DNA of 64,000 nucleotides from Curvularia clavata (GCA_023920165.1 CP089276.1:992001-1056000); one strand, 5' to 3'. Counted from the first letter of the stretch, positions 13,233 through 26,440 are shown. Notes: generated from the sequence alone by a model not told the origin. Numbers and translations are program-made.

Positions 13233-14135
13233 TCATACCAGAACGCCACAGTACTCTGCTCTTCCGCCCGCGCCTTCTAACTCTTCCCACTGCACAAGGA
13301 ACCGATCCACGACTCGAAGTAGAATCTTCCCACTCAGACTAAGCGTCTTGACGCGAGCAAAGCTCTCTACATATATAGTCTTGCACTTGCCTCTGCTATC
13401 CACGCCCCTGACGTTGAAGAAGCGCAGTATGAGGCTCGCGAGAATGACTATGACGGCCGTGGCGGGACCATTGGTGATGATGAGATCGGGGACATCGGAA
13501 GCAGCAGCTTCGTACGGTGTCGTCGGCGGTGCATGGCCAATGGGAGCTCCGAGAAGCGGCTGGAAACAGGCGAGTAGAGAGTACAGAGCCGATAGAGGTG
13601 TTGTAAGCAATGGCTGGTGTATCTTCCTTGCGCGTGGTACCACGGCGATATCGTAGTGCTGCGGACCGGTGCATGCTGGGCCGCTTTCTCCTCCTTTGGA
13701 CGTATCTAGAATATGCGTCTGGCCGTTTACGTCTGTAACTTGCATCGTGGGCTTTGATACGTCTCCATCGTCCTCAATTACTGACTTGACCCGCACCCCT
13801 CGTTGCTTTTGCTTCTCCCTCTCTTCCAATTCGCGCTCGAATTGCGCGGCACGCTGCGCGGAAAAAGCGTCACCGCTGCTAACGACATACGTTCGGTGTG
13901 TGTATTTTGCCGTGTCGAAATCGCGGAGCAGGTGCAGCATTTCGTGGGTGTGGCCCCCGGATCCGAGCACGATTAGCACGCGCGTTGCGAGCGGGCGTTT
14001 GCGCCGTAGTGGAGTCGTTTTCGAGCGCGCATTGGGCAAGATGGCGATGAGACGCAGTGTGCAAGCGACGAAGACGGTGGCGAGAGCTGCTATGAAGAAG
14101 GAGAGGGTGTAGAGGGTGGATGGCGGGGGTGCCAT
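13233..14135 (-). CDS. ALG14: UDP-N-acetylglucosamine transferase subunit ALG14
   Basis: Motifs VLGSGGHTHEM, PRARKIHQ, PDLIITNGPATAV and YVESFARVKTLSLSGKIL..FLVQWEEL. Confidence 0.95.
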   Translation of the reverse strand: MAPPPSTLYTLSFFIAALATVFVACTLRLIAILPNARSKTTPLRRKRPLATRVLIVLGSGGHTHEMLHLLRDFDTAKYTHRTYVVSSGDAFSAQRAAQFERELEEREKQKQRGVRVKSVIEDDGDVSKPTMQVTDVNGQTHILDTSKGGESGPACTGPQHYDIAVVPRARKIHQPLLTTPLSALYSLLACFQPLLGAPIGHAPPTTPYEAAASDVPDLIITNGPATAVIVILASLILRFFNVRGVDSRGKCKTIYVESFARVKTLSLSGKILLRVVDRFLVQWEELEGAGGRAEYCGVLV

Positions 14136-16002
14136 GTTTGAGGAATGTGGCTTGTGATAACTTGATGATGTTGGGGGTCTGTTCAGAAGCCCAGCTTATG
14201 CAGCTAACAAACCTCGGGACGCTATGTCGTATGCATAACATTTAGAGAATGTGATTTGGGTTTACTATGCCAATTCGTGTCTCATCAGGCAATGCTATAT
14301 CGACACGCTCAAAATTCACAATGGTGTTCTCTTCATGTAATTGTAATGATGAATCAAAGCACACTAGTAGACGGGAATTCAAAGGATGGTAAAGCATTAC
14401 AGAACTTGACTAGTCGTCACATAACAATCCACTACTCTCTATACACTGTAGTGGAGTGAAGTGATTATCTATATGAATGGGCACTTAATGCGAGTGATAT
14501 AAGGGAGATTTTCTTGATAATAAACTCCTAGGTGCAGTATGCGCGATTTCCATTGTAATTGAAAGCACAATAATTAGATCCGTAGCACTTAATCGCCTAT
14601 AGTAATAGTAAGTATAAATTGACGGTAACAAAGGCAAGACTCACGCAAGCTTGACTACCAGTTCCAGCCATATTATTGCATCGTTGGGTCCCAGGATCAC
14701 ATGTCTAGCGCTATTAGTCGCGCAATCTTGCAGGGGATTGGTACACTTACTCCAATACGATCAGGCGAAGCTTGGGGAGCTGCAGATACAATTGACGCAA
14801 CGAGCGCTAGGAAGAAGAGAGGATTCATTGTATCGTGAGGAGCTAGTAGAATGTGTACAGGACAACTGAAAATATGACGTAACAGTGGGTGATGGAAAAG
14901 AGGGCGTATCGCAAACTATCTGACGATAAGACTAGGGCTTTGGGTAGTGAGAGAGGCTCTAATATAGAGAGACGACTCAGTTCATCCAAAGCAATACGGG
15001 TCGGAAATAATATTCATACTAAGCCCCCTTTACGCTTTGTCATTTACAAGAACTTCTCATCTCTAGTTTGGCCGTAATATACTAAAAGCATCAGGCCCAA
15101 GAATATTCAGAGACCGTGCTTAGAATTGGCACTCAGTGATCTTACAATCCAGTTCTTGGTTGTTCATAATGGGTGTATAAATGTGCATAGCTGTCTTTAG
15201 TGCTTACAATGTATCAGCCGATGTCCTCGGCACTATGTTGACAATTTCGTATCCTAAGCAAACGACTACGTAAGCGTCAGGGGAGCGTACGAACACTAGA
15301 ACGAATACAATTAGGCATTTCTGATATGAAGATTCGAAAAGTATACTACACCTTTTTCGACCCGCCTGATATCTGCCATCACGAAATGGTGCCATATGCA
15401 CTTTCCATGCCAAGCTTGGTTATTCATTGAATGGGCAAATCAAAATCTGTTTCAGGACCTAGCTGATTTGACTGCGGGGCCGTAGGGGTAGATAACCATG
15501 TTGAAGCTGGTAGCCCAGCTCAACCTTGGATAGAGCTAGACTTAGTGAGCATGCAATGCACGCCGTTGTTGTGGCTGTAGATGCTTTTGCAAGCTAGATT
15601 AGCAACGGCAACAACTAGACAAGGTTAATTTTTTGTTTAAAATCTAATCTGATGGTTATCGGGTTTGCTGCAAGCCAAGATTTCATTGGACGTCGCTGAG
15701 CATCTCTTAGGGACTCGGGGGTGGTCACATGAAGCCTGGCAGAGTAGCTGGATACTTTCTTCTGCATACTATTATGTCTCAACTACTGAGACTCACAAGT
15801 GCAATCAAAGTATGAATTATTCTCGGATCCAAGAATGAAATTCTTTTAAATAAATCAACAGAAACATATCGTGAGAATACTACGGTCTATAGACGGGTGA
15901 TGATGTAGTAACGATGTCGGAAGAAAACAAATCCACATGAAATATACAACAAAGAAGAAGAACGGAAATCGATGGAAAAAGAGCCCTTCACCATCGTCAC
16001 TT

Positions 16003-18979
16003 TCACCGCCCATTCGCACTAGCCACAATTTCTTCCCAGACAGGCCAGTAAGCATCTGCTCCCGGCTCATCCATCTGCCAAATCAAACTCGGATTCCGTC
16101 TTATTACACCTTCATGTCCCCTTTTCAAATCAAACAACCTCTCACTGAGTACTCTCATCTCATGCACTACCAGTCTCAGCTCTCTGCCCTTCGTGGTCGA
16201 AGGGGAGATCTCGCTTTTTAAGTCGGACAGTGGACCGATAAGGCGAGTGAGTGTGGGCGGTAAATTGTATCGAAACGAAGCCTCGACCCATGATGTGACG
16301 GCGAGGCGGGAGGAGAGAAAGGCACTGAGAGCAGGAAGGTAGGCGAATGTTGCTTTTACGGATGCAGTGATAGAGTGGTGGGAAGACAAAGACAGAGCGC
16401 GGCTTAGGTGGATGGGCCAGCAGAGTGCCGCGTAGCGTAGGAAGGGATGATGGATGTCGAATGATACAGTGCGGATGCTGCTTGCCCTGGAGCTATTGTT
16501 GCGCGGAGTAGGCACAGCTGGCGCTATTGGATGGTTGTTATCGCCATCTGATGAGGATAGTGACTTATAACCGCTGTCTCCGGATGCGTTCGTACGTTGA
16601 CTCGCTCCACTACTAGCTGAAGCAGTAGGAGGTGTAGGTGGGTTGTGGGGCTGTAAGACGCCAAATGGACGCTTGGGTACGTCGTAGGCAAGATAGAAGA
16701 GGCAGCCTGACGCGAGATGCGCATGCACACTGCTCTCGTCGTAGAGGGTAAATTCGAAATTGCAAGAAGCAGAGGATTGTAGATAATCGCACACAGATTC
16801 GTGAGCGAAGGACACCACGTCATCTGTCACCCGAAGAAGGCCGCAAGTGAGTTCCTCCAACTCGTTGACCATATCCGCTTTACACGATGACTTGCTTTTG
16901 TCTCCATCGTACGAACATATAGCCGCCCGCAATGCGGTGGGCTCAAGGTCATGAATTCCGTGAGAGAGCCAACGAAACCCACCATTGATGATCTGCTTCT
17001 CATTCTGTGGGTGACGCCCCAGCGTATCGAGCATGATGTGATAGAGTGGGCCTAAATTTTTCAAAGACCCAATATTTGACAGAACAGCCAGTCTCTCTTC
17101 TGATGAAAGCAGCGGCGACTGAAAGAATTTCAGTAACATGTTGGCCCATAGAAAACACCCATCTGCTGCTTGTGCGAGCTGGGGAATGAGCATTCGATCC
17201 ATAGATATTCCGAAGAAGCCCTGGTCTGCCAGGCGGCTCAAATCCGGTGTTAAATATCTTTCAATAGCGATGGCGTTGTGGTGGTTCGTGAGAGGAAAAA
17301 TATGGGGCGCGTCAGATGCCCACTTCTGGTATTCCAAGGGTATCTTCAAGTCCGGTCTACTGAACAACATCATCCTTGCATCAGAACCTCGGCATAGTTT
17401 AGCCAGCAATGCTAAGAAGCTCCCAGTGTCGCTGCACTCATTGATACCGTCAATCACGACGTAGGTGGGATGTTGTCGTAATAGTAAGGTAAGGACGTCT
17501 ATCACCTCGTCGGTGTTGGCATGCTCTCGAAATGAAGTTTTGCGTAACAAAAGGCATACAGAATCGAGTGTTGAATGGTCGTTGCGATGCCATTGAAGCA
17601 GTTGGCATGCCATGGATCGGAACGCATCGTCGGGGTGATTGTGTTTAGAATGAAGGCGACTGAAATGGTAGTACGCAACTGCAGGCGGTTCACCACAGAG
17701 ATCAGGATCTTCAGCTTCAGCCGTAAGGTTCTCGATTACCGTATGAGATATGAAGGTTTTGCCAAAACCGACCTGTGCTATTGATTGTCAGTCTGTCAAC
17801 CAAGGGTAACGATAAAGAAATCGACTCACCCTGCACAAACAGCACTCGATGCTGCCAACTATCTACCAAGAGATGCGTGTCATTGGCTATGGAATTTTCA
17901 AATGGCTGGTCTCTCCATTTTCGGTAGATTGGAGTCTGCAAAAACCACGCACATGACTCTAGGCTGTACGGTCTGGGACGGCGATCAGACTGGCTGACTG
18001 CAGGCGAATTGCAAAGCCAATCTCCAACCTTATACACTCTCCTCCATCTCTTTGCAGCTCTCTGCCCCTCATGCTCAAAGTGATCGCTATTCTTGACTTG
18101 GTCTTGGGTGTGCAAAAAGTCAAGATACTGCTTTCGATGAAGTGAAACGTCAGAATAGTTTTGGATATCATTCTCGATCTCCTTCTCTAGCCATCTCCTG
18201 TGTTTGCCTAATCGAGTCTCTAGACGTGAAAGGCGCGAGTCAAGTGGGCGCCATGATACCGAGTGAGCTGCATCAAGAGTTAGCCACCATGAAGAACAAT
18301 CGAATGAATTCACCAGTGTGGTTTAGATATAACCTATAACATACCCTGAGATCCTCGACAGAAAATTCGGTAAACTTCCAAGAGTAGCTGCACAAAGTCG
18401 GCGTAAACATAAGACAAGAGCGCTGCTAGGTGGTAGTCTTCTTGCTTCATGTCAGGACGAGATGAATCTCCTCTACAAGCCTCGTAGATCTGCTGATAAG
18501 GAGGCATGGTATGTGCAATGGCCTCGAACATATCGGCAATTTTTTCAAGGAGAGAGATGTAGTCACTACTCATCTGCCTTGGTATCAGCATAGTTTGCAG
18601 CTAGGAGCGGTAGGACCCTTACCTTGATGACCAGACGGAGTGCACCCCAGAACCAGCTTACCCATTCCGGATGGACCTTTATGCATGTGCTCAGAACATC
18701 AAAGTATGGCGCAAAAGCGCGGATGAATAACGCAAGCTTGCGACTGCAAACAACTACCCTCTGGTCTACAGAACCGACACCGACAGAGCCTCGACGGAGC
18801 TCATCCAGCAAGAGCGATACTTGTGCGTCAGGTTGAAAATGGAGACGGTGCTCCTGCAGTATGCTATTCTGTATGGCTGCTAATGCTTCGCCAAACAATG
18901 GTACGTTTGGGCTACTCGCTGGTTAGATTTTCTTATGCGAGTTGCGATGATGGTATTGGACCTACACTGAGTCGGCCAT
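16003..18979 (-). CDS. NACHT/STAND-type NTPase with fungal helical N-terminal domain; multi-exon
   Basis: N-terminal FAPYFDVL..HPEWVSWFWGALRLV and pre-P-loop SCAWFLQTPIYRKWR. Spliced Walker A LFVQAQVGFGKT, Walker B-like YVVIDGINEC, then FSRP, ADGCFLWA, FAHESVCDYL and FLRYAALCWPIHL. Start codon inferred. Confidence 0.75.
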
Positions 18980-19642
18980 TGCTATGTCGGGAGTTTGAAT
19001 CCGTGGTGCGGTTTTTTGAGGGAATTCCAACGAAAGCGCAGCCCTGGTCTCAACAGCGGATGCATTGGCACAGAATGTTCAGGATACACTTTTGGCGAGT
19101 TAGAGCGACTGCGACATTGTCGAGACATGGTGCCAAAAGGGGCAGCGGCATTTAGATATAACAGGCATGCTCAATTCCCACATGGCAAATTGTAGCGTTG
19201 TATGGTGCCACGGGAGAAGAAACGGGTGTCGTGGGGCTGAATGGCGCAAGCAGATAAGCGGAATGTGTAAGAGGACGGCGAGGGCGACGCTGTAGGCGCA
19301 CTTGTCATGTCTCGGACACCACATAATTGGCAGGCGTGGGGGACCGTGCTCGGAAACGTGGGCGAGACGACAGGTCCATGCGATGACTTGCACGCGGGCT
19401 GGCCGGGGCATTGAACCGGTGCGCGGGGACGGGGACTTTATCATGAGTAACAGGAACTCACACAACACGAGCATCATTGCACGGCAGGCAGGTAGGACAG
19501 CGCAAAGGTGTGTATCTAACGTCATGGGTATCACCTCAACAAACTACATAGCCAACTGCTCGGCGTCGTCAACGGGTCTATGGACAAAGAGTATTAGAAG
19601 GCGAGATACTAAATGAATGCCACCAAAATTGTGGCTACCTGA

Positions 19643-21164
19643 TTACACGGATGCAGGCATGCCAAGCCGAAGCGCAAGCAGCGCCCGCACGTCGGTGACA
19701 TATTGCAGGCCTTCAAGCAGTGGGATGAGGTTCAGCAGATCATGATCGGTTGGGTCGCTGATCCAGCCTTCGATGGGAATGGCATTGTCTGGGTTGTCCG
19801 TCAGTAAGCTACAGCCTTGGGGGCTTGGGGGAGCCCAGGGGCTGTCTTACCTGGATGGAAGACGTAGCTCAGTGGGCTATTGTCAAGTATCATGACCTTG
19901 CTCAGATCTGGTTCAACCTGCGCAAGGTCCTTGATGTAAGCCCCATTGCGAACAGTGCAGTGCTGCCTGTAGTATCGTCCTGCAAAATACTTGCGCTCCA
20001 CCTCCAGCCAGTCGATGACGGGATCGGCATACTCTTGGACCGATGCGGTAAATATAATCAGATTGTACCATTTGCTGACCTGGTTGGGGGTGTCAGCCAC
20101 GCCTTGGCAGGGCTCAGGTACACACTCCTTACCTTTTTCAAAAAGTCGTCGCAGTACGGCCGCTTGTGAACGTAGTACAGAAGCGGGACCTGTGGGCCGA
20201 TGACCTGCCCACCTGCGCCAACCGATGCCTGCAGCTTTACCTCTACCATGTGGCCAGTCTGGAAGCGGCCGCCATTGACTATGCTGTGGATCAATGTTTC
20301 ATCGAGATCGATGATCAATGTTTTTTGATGTGGTCCAACGGCAGAGGTGCCCTTGGTGGAATAAGACGGCTGGCGCCGTGGTACCAAGGGGCGTGGGGGC
20401 TGAGGCGCTCGTGGGAATTTTGTCAGCTGCTTGGACGACACGGTTGCCGGGCCAGTGGGCGACTTGAGCGAGGCAGCCGCCTCAGACGAGACAGAGTTGT
20501 TTTTGGACGACTGTGCCTTTTTGGCTGCCTTGCGCTGTCTCAATGCGTCTTCGTTGTGGTGGAGTGTAATGCGGATCGACCGCTTTGCAGGAGCGATTTC
20601 GTCTGCGCGAGACGACGTGTTCGACTTGGAGCGCGTGTGTCGCGAGGGGCTGTCCCAGTCGGCGTCGCGCGTAGTAGACTTCTCACTCTCGGATTCGGAT
20701 GTCATGGCGGTGGATGTGGATGCAATCGAGAGGGAGCGGCGGGTGGGCTGCGAAGTCATGGGCTGGGCAACGCTCGAACTGCGACCTTTGCGCATAGCCT
20801 TTTCGCTGCTGTCTGAAGCACCCGAGGCTCGCGCTGCATGTGCGCTCACCTGCTTCCGGCGTCGGCGAGTAAAGGTGCGCGAAATATGATACACAGGGGC
20901 TAAAAAGGAAAAGCTGCCGTCTTCCTCGTAGTAGAAGCAGGCAACCAGATACTGGCCAGTATAGACAAAGGGGGTCACAATCACGCCCACGACAGCAGCG
21001 ATACCGTCGGATATACGCTGCGGATACAACCACCGTCTCCGCCTCGTCGTGTCTTCGTAGGGCCCCTCGGAGGATTGTTGCAGCAGCGGCGTTTTCTCGT
21101 CTGATGCGGATGCGACGGCTTCCGTCGTCCAAGAACCGGAGCTGGTACTCCTGTCGGCGCCCAT
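19643..21164 (-). CDS. NEM1: Nem1/Dullard-type NIF (CTD-like) phosphatase; 3 exons (start may lie upstream)
   Basis: HAD motif KTLIIDLDETLIHS, then YYVHKRPYCDDFL, FTASVQEYADPVIDWLE, ILDNSP and NAIPIEGWISDPTDHDLL. N-terminal TM segment. Confidence 0.9.
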
Positions 21165-21833
21165 CTTGCGCGTCTCGCTCTGTGCAGCTATCGCACTCGC
21201 ATCGTCAGGCAGGGCCGAAGGAGAGGGTCGGGGAGCGAGAATGGCGAAGGACTGTGGGGTAGCGTAATGGCCGGGGTCGAGGGGAGGGGGCTGCTGCTTG
21301 TTGTCTGTATCGCTGCTCACGAGTAGCAATGGCGAGGGAGCGAGGAAGAGCAGCTAAAAGAGCGCGAGAAGCTCCGGGGCTGGCGAGGGGGGGCTCTTGG
21401 AAGCGTCTGTGTGATGTCTAGCAATAAGGCCGAGGCGAGAGCGGAGAGGCTGCAGAGAGGACTAAGCAAGCAGCAGGTTGGGGATGATGCCAATGACGAC
21501 CGAACAACTGGAGAAGGGCCGTGCCCAATCGGAAAGCCCAAAGCTCAATTTGGCGACGACTCATACACTACTTTTGGGTTCACGCAACTTGAACAAGCAA
21601 TATTCCTCCACGCGACCGCCTTGCCCAATACAACCGCCTGCAGTGTCTGGACCGCCCCAGAACTCGCCTGTCAGGCTTTCCTTTGCTCGGTTTCAAAAAA
21701 GAAAAGAAAGAAAAAGGTCACTGCAGTGCCTGGACAGTCATCGGAGAACACCCCACCACCCCACCACATACGCGCGCCGGGCAGTGTGAAGCCTTGGACA
21801 AATATTAACCCACCATTGTGTAGAAGTGTCAAG

Positions 21834-23398
21834 ATGCAGGGCTCTACCATTCAGGCGCCAGGCCTGGCAAGCTACCTCAAATCGCTCAAGAGCACCCCAG
21901 TAGACGCCTCAGTTGAGCACTTTACTTCGTAGGTCACTTATGGCACGGTGCGTTACCATGGCTGATTGTTCTACAATAGACTCCTCAAGCGACGCCAGAT
22001 TCGGAATTCTAGGCCATGCGCCATTGCAACTACGGCTTTGATGTTGCGCGTAGTGGGCGAATTCAAAGGAAGGGACCCAGCAAAGCTCATTGAGCGCATC
22101 AAGCAGGTCGGCAGGCGACTGACATCGGCGCAACCGAGAGAGGTTGTCGTGGGCAACATTGTACGGCGCGTACTCGGACTGGTACGAGAGGTGGTAGACG
22201 AACACGCCGAAGGACAGACACCTACTGGGAGTGAGCGAGGCAATGCAACACCACCGGTTCACGCGCATCACGACTCGCTCCACAGGCCAGCACTCAACTC
22301 GAGCATATCCACCCTGAGCCCTCTCCGACATGCCGTAGCAGAGCCCATGCCCGCAAGCGGATTCACGGACAACGCCTCTGATGCCAGCGAGCCCTCGAGA
22401 CGGCCCCCATTGCTCACTTCCCACACATCGTACGCACCCGCTTCGGCCGCGCCTCTTGTACACTCGCTATTCGGTCTCTTTTCACAACCGGCAGACACAC
22501 CCTCGGCCACAAGCACACCAACAGGGCAGGCATCGCCGACTAGCAGAACCAACCTGACTGCGCTTAATCTCGAACGGCTTGCAGGCCTTGAGCGAAATCA
22601 GAACCTCGATCTCAAGGGCGAGGTCATGGAGGGCATAAGAGACCTGCAGGATGAGCTGGAGACATCAGACAAGCAGATTGCTGAAGTTGCCCTCGACCAC
22701 ATTCACGCCAACGAGATCATCCTCACACATACCGCGTCGACTACGGTGCAAAGGTTTCTCCTGTTCGCCGCTCGAAAACGAAACTTTACCGTTGTACATG
22801 CCGAGACGCATCCTCACGACCACACCGCTACCCATGGCATTCTGCTGACCGGCAAGAAGCGAGAGGCTAACCCAGACGACAACGAGGAGGACGATAAGTG
22901 GAAGCCCCTCAAGGACGCTGGAATTCCTGTCTATGTCATCCCAGACTCGCATGTGTTTGCCATCATGTCGCGTGTCAACAAGGTCATCCTAGCTACACAC
23001 ACTGTCCTTGCCAACGGTGGTCTTGTCGCAGCTGCTGGAGCCCACATGATTGCAAGGGCAGCAAAGGAGCATCAAACACCAGTAGTGGTCCTCAGTGGCG
23101 TTTACAAACTCAGTCCAGTCTACCCTTTTGACATTGACGAGTTAATCGAGTACGGTGATGCTGGAAACGTCGTACCTTTTGATGACGGCGAGTTTGTAGA
23201 CAAGGTCGATGTCGAGAATCCCCTGTACGACTATGTTCCTGCAGATCTTGTGGATCTCTACATTACCAACCTGTAAGTACTTGTCTTTTTCTTGACTTGT
23301 TTCGACTAATGGCTAACTGTCGCAGTGGCGGACACGCACCCTCATACCTCTATCGCATCGTGGCAGACCACTACCGCTCTGAGGATATCACCCTGTAG
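21834..23398 (+). CDS. GCD7: Translation initiation factor eIF2B subunit beta; 3 exons
   Basis: LLKRRQIRNSRPCA, AQPREVVVGNIVRRVL, HIHANEIILT, MSRVNKVIL, YKLSP and YDYVPADLVDLYITN|GGHAPSYLYR. Confidence 0.95.
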
Positions 23399-24559
23399 TT
23401 TATGAAGAGTCACCGCATTACGATACCACGAAGGCCAGCCGAGCAAGGGAGGAGGGAAGGAGGCTCGCATTAGCTGTGGCTTAGAGCCACGACAAATGAA
23501 AAATCATGTGTACCTTCTACTAAGCCCTGTCCTGCGCCTGTGAAAACCAAACATTGTCCACATTTGTACCACGTCCATGCAATGTATGTTGTGCTACACG
23601 ATTGGTCACACCCACTCTGCCATTCCGCGCCATTGGTCATGCACGGCCTGGGATACGTTTGCCCTTCGGCCCTAGGAAATCGATGCTCTTAGTCCAACCT
23701 ACCTCTTCTGGTAATTTGGACAAGGCGTCAGATTGGTGGGCTTGCACACTTTTCGGCACGGAACGGGCTGTGCGAGTGGGAGGTCACATGTGGCGCGTTT
23801 TTTCTTTGCTTTGGGTCAAGTGTGGGCGGGGCCCACGGGCGACGGCGAAGGAACGTGCGTTGGATGGGTTTTGTTTTTGGGGGGAGAAGGGTAGGATTTT
23901 GGCCTACGGCGGGAAATGCATGACATGAAGTGACATGTTGGGCTTAGCGGCAGAAGGGCGGGATGAGATTCTTGGTGCGTTCCAGCCGTTTTGCGGGCCG
24001 TTCGCACATGCTGTGGGTGTAAATTGGTTTGGTGATGCTGGTGCGTATTTCATAAGAGAAGTATGTAATGCCAATACACGCATGGGAGTGGTCTTTTCTT
24101 TCCTGGAGCTTTGTTGGGATGTCGGGAATTGCTGCTGTAGGTTGCTGATGACGTAGAGAATATTATGCGCATTTGTTTAGCCTGCTGCTTGCATTTCCTG
24201 TATGCGTGACAAGGGGTGGACGCGTGTTTATTGCTGTGGATCGTGATTCTGAAAGATCGGTAGGCGTTTCCCACATGCCTGTTGTAGTTCTGATCTCTGC
24301 TGCGAGGTCTGACTGGGTTCGCGGCTCTTTACACCCGACACCTGAGGAATTCAAACGGTGTAACGAAATAGTTGGATAAAGCCGCCGTCAAAACGCTCAT
24401 AGTTTTCGGTCAGAACGACCATGATGTGGAATAAATGGTAAGTTGCATCGTTCACATGGACTTCGCTATCCACGTATATCTGTACATCTCGAAGAGCTAG
24501 AAAGGCCGTTTTATCAGCATTGTGGTAGGACTTTTATGCCGACTATTTCGGTACATCCA

Positions 24560-24720
24560 GCGCCAATCAGGTGGCCGATTTTGGCGGAAGCGACGTTATG
24601 GAAACGCTTGTTGAGCAAGATATCAACAGCCAAGAATGGATGGCTGAGTATGCCGGAGGATTGAAAGTCGCTATCTGTAACGGGTGTTTGATAAATTTGA
24701 TAGTGTTGCTAATCATGAAA
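24560..24720 (+). pseudogene. Possible degenerate ankyrin-repeat fragment
   Basis: Short ankyrin-like strings VADFGGSDVMETLVEQDIN and GLKVAICNGCLINLIVLL. No intact gene structure. Confidence 0.2.
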
Positions 24721-26166
24721 TATTCTACCTCTTTATTTGTTTTCCATCTCACGTCAAATCGCTCAACGGCATTCATCAGTGTTCTTGTCTCCTAGCAATA
24801 CGACGAATTGAGTGGATAAACATCTTTCCAGCATACGCCGAACATGCTCTGTAATCGGAGGTGCTTGGATATAATCTCCTGACTACGTGTATACGCTGTA
24901 CTGAAATTATCCTATTGCTGAACTTGGTCTTCTCATACGCTAATTTTCTTAACGAGATCTAGAACTATAGATGCTCTGGTAGCTGTAAATTTAATGTACG
25001 CCAGATTTGTTGATAGAAGAGCGACACAAATGACGCTCTAATTGTCAGCTGACAAGTTTTGTGGACTGAGAGCAAAATCTGGGGCGCAATGAAGATCTAC
25101 AAGCCGAAGACGACCCATAGCAATATCATTGTTGGTAAAATATAGACGTCAATTCAGCTGGGTCTGTGCCAACTCCAACAACGAAGCGATTGTGCGCATA
25201 CTGAGAGTCAACCAGCTTCTGTGACGAGAGCTGGGAAGGCAATGCAGGTCTAAGGTGCGCGATTATGGCATATTAATACAAATTACATCAAGTGTTGAAT
25301 GATCCAACGATGCATGCTCCACTAGCATGGCTTAACCGCCAAAGGCATGCATTCTTACCACAACGAAAAGGTGGCGTTGCCTTGCTTCGCCAACAGGGTC
25401 CTTACTACTGAGCCTGCTCCCGACGCTTCTCAGGCCAATATCCCCGTAAAACAACCTTCAAACGAAAGTCTCTCTGAGACAGCCAGTTAGTTCAGGAACT
25501 CGAAAATGATTTTTGATTCTTTTGAATGCAATTTCAATATCATGACTGAGTTGATGGACTTGTACCATGAGGTCGCAACCACGGGGAGCCCAAAAAGCTT
25601 GACAGTTGTCCGTAGCTACCTGTGGAATGTCACACAGATCGAAAACATTGTGTCAGCGATAGGTAATATGGTTCAATTCAGCAACCATGCGGCATACCTA
25701 TGCTGTGCAATCAGATCGGAGGTGAAGCTAGGAAGACTCAGTCCGTCATCACCAGGTGAAGTTCCAAAAGGAAGCGGTTCAAGTAACTCAGGTGCCTGCT
25801 GCCCTGACCTCTCACTACATCACATCGCGTAGTTATTTGTATAGCTAGCAGCTGCAATTCGAGGCAGCTGAGCCATATACCGCAGTGTGCTATTGTCACC
25901 CAAGTCGTGAAATGCGCATTCTTCCAACAACTTCATTGTGCTTCCGTGCAACTGATTTATGCCGCCGCTCTCTCACCGAATCCTTCTCAATACAAGCTTA
26001 TGAGCACTGCATAACTTGCACAAGCTCTCACGTGCACAGTCTCCACAGTCACCGCTTGTTAGTCCCACCTGCAGACCCACTGGGTTCCGTTTGTCGACGT
26101 CACGGACGCGGTGTGCAGAGCGGCGGCCGAAGGTTTTTCCGATGCCGCTAGCGCGAGACTCCCAGG

Positions 26167-26174
26167 TATATAAA
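26167..26174 (+). promoter_or_regulatory. TATA box of the U2 snRNA gene
   Basis: TATATAAA ending about 30 nt upstream of the inferred U2 5' end at ~26204. Confidence 0.7.
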
Positions 26175-26203
26175 CCCCCGCTCCCACCTTCCTTCTGTTC
26201 TTT

Positions 26204-26440
26204 AGCTCTGTGAGTTTTTTTCCTCACCCCCCCTACTGTCGGCCACCCTACTAACGTATCCCAGCTTTGCCTTTTGGCTTAGATCAAGTGTAGTATCTGT
26301 TCTTTTCAGTTTAATCTCTGAAACGTGACTACGGTCACATTCAAGATTATTCTTATTTTTGGAATCAGTGGATGGCTCCCTGGGCTTGCTCATAGCCATC
26401 CTCACAGTGTCGCCTGTATCGCACTACCTCAGGCCGACGC
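26204..26440 (+). ncRNA. U2: U2 spliceosomal snRNA, interrupted by a 55-nt spliceosomal intron (26210-26264)
   Basis: CTTTGCCTTTTGGCTTAGATCAAGTGTAGTATCTGTTCTTTTCAG is the conserved fungal U2 5' core, with branch-pairing GTAGTA at 26290-26295. Also present: stem IIa, stem IIb GTGAC-TACG-GTCAC, Sm site ATTTTTGG at 26355-26362, stem III, and stem IV with loop TATCGCACTAC. Confidence 0.95.

Noticed and set aside
14342..14630. Possible solo LTR (TGT...ACA, AT-rich)
   Set aside because: No matching target-site duplication and no second copy in the window.
9271..21164. IMA1 and NEM1 (both nuclear envelope) as a functional cluster
   Set aside because: They are separated by unrelated genes, and nothing suggests more than chance linkage.
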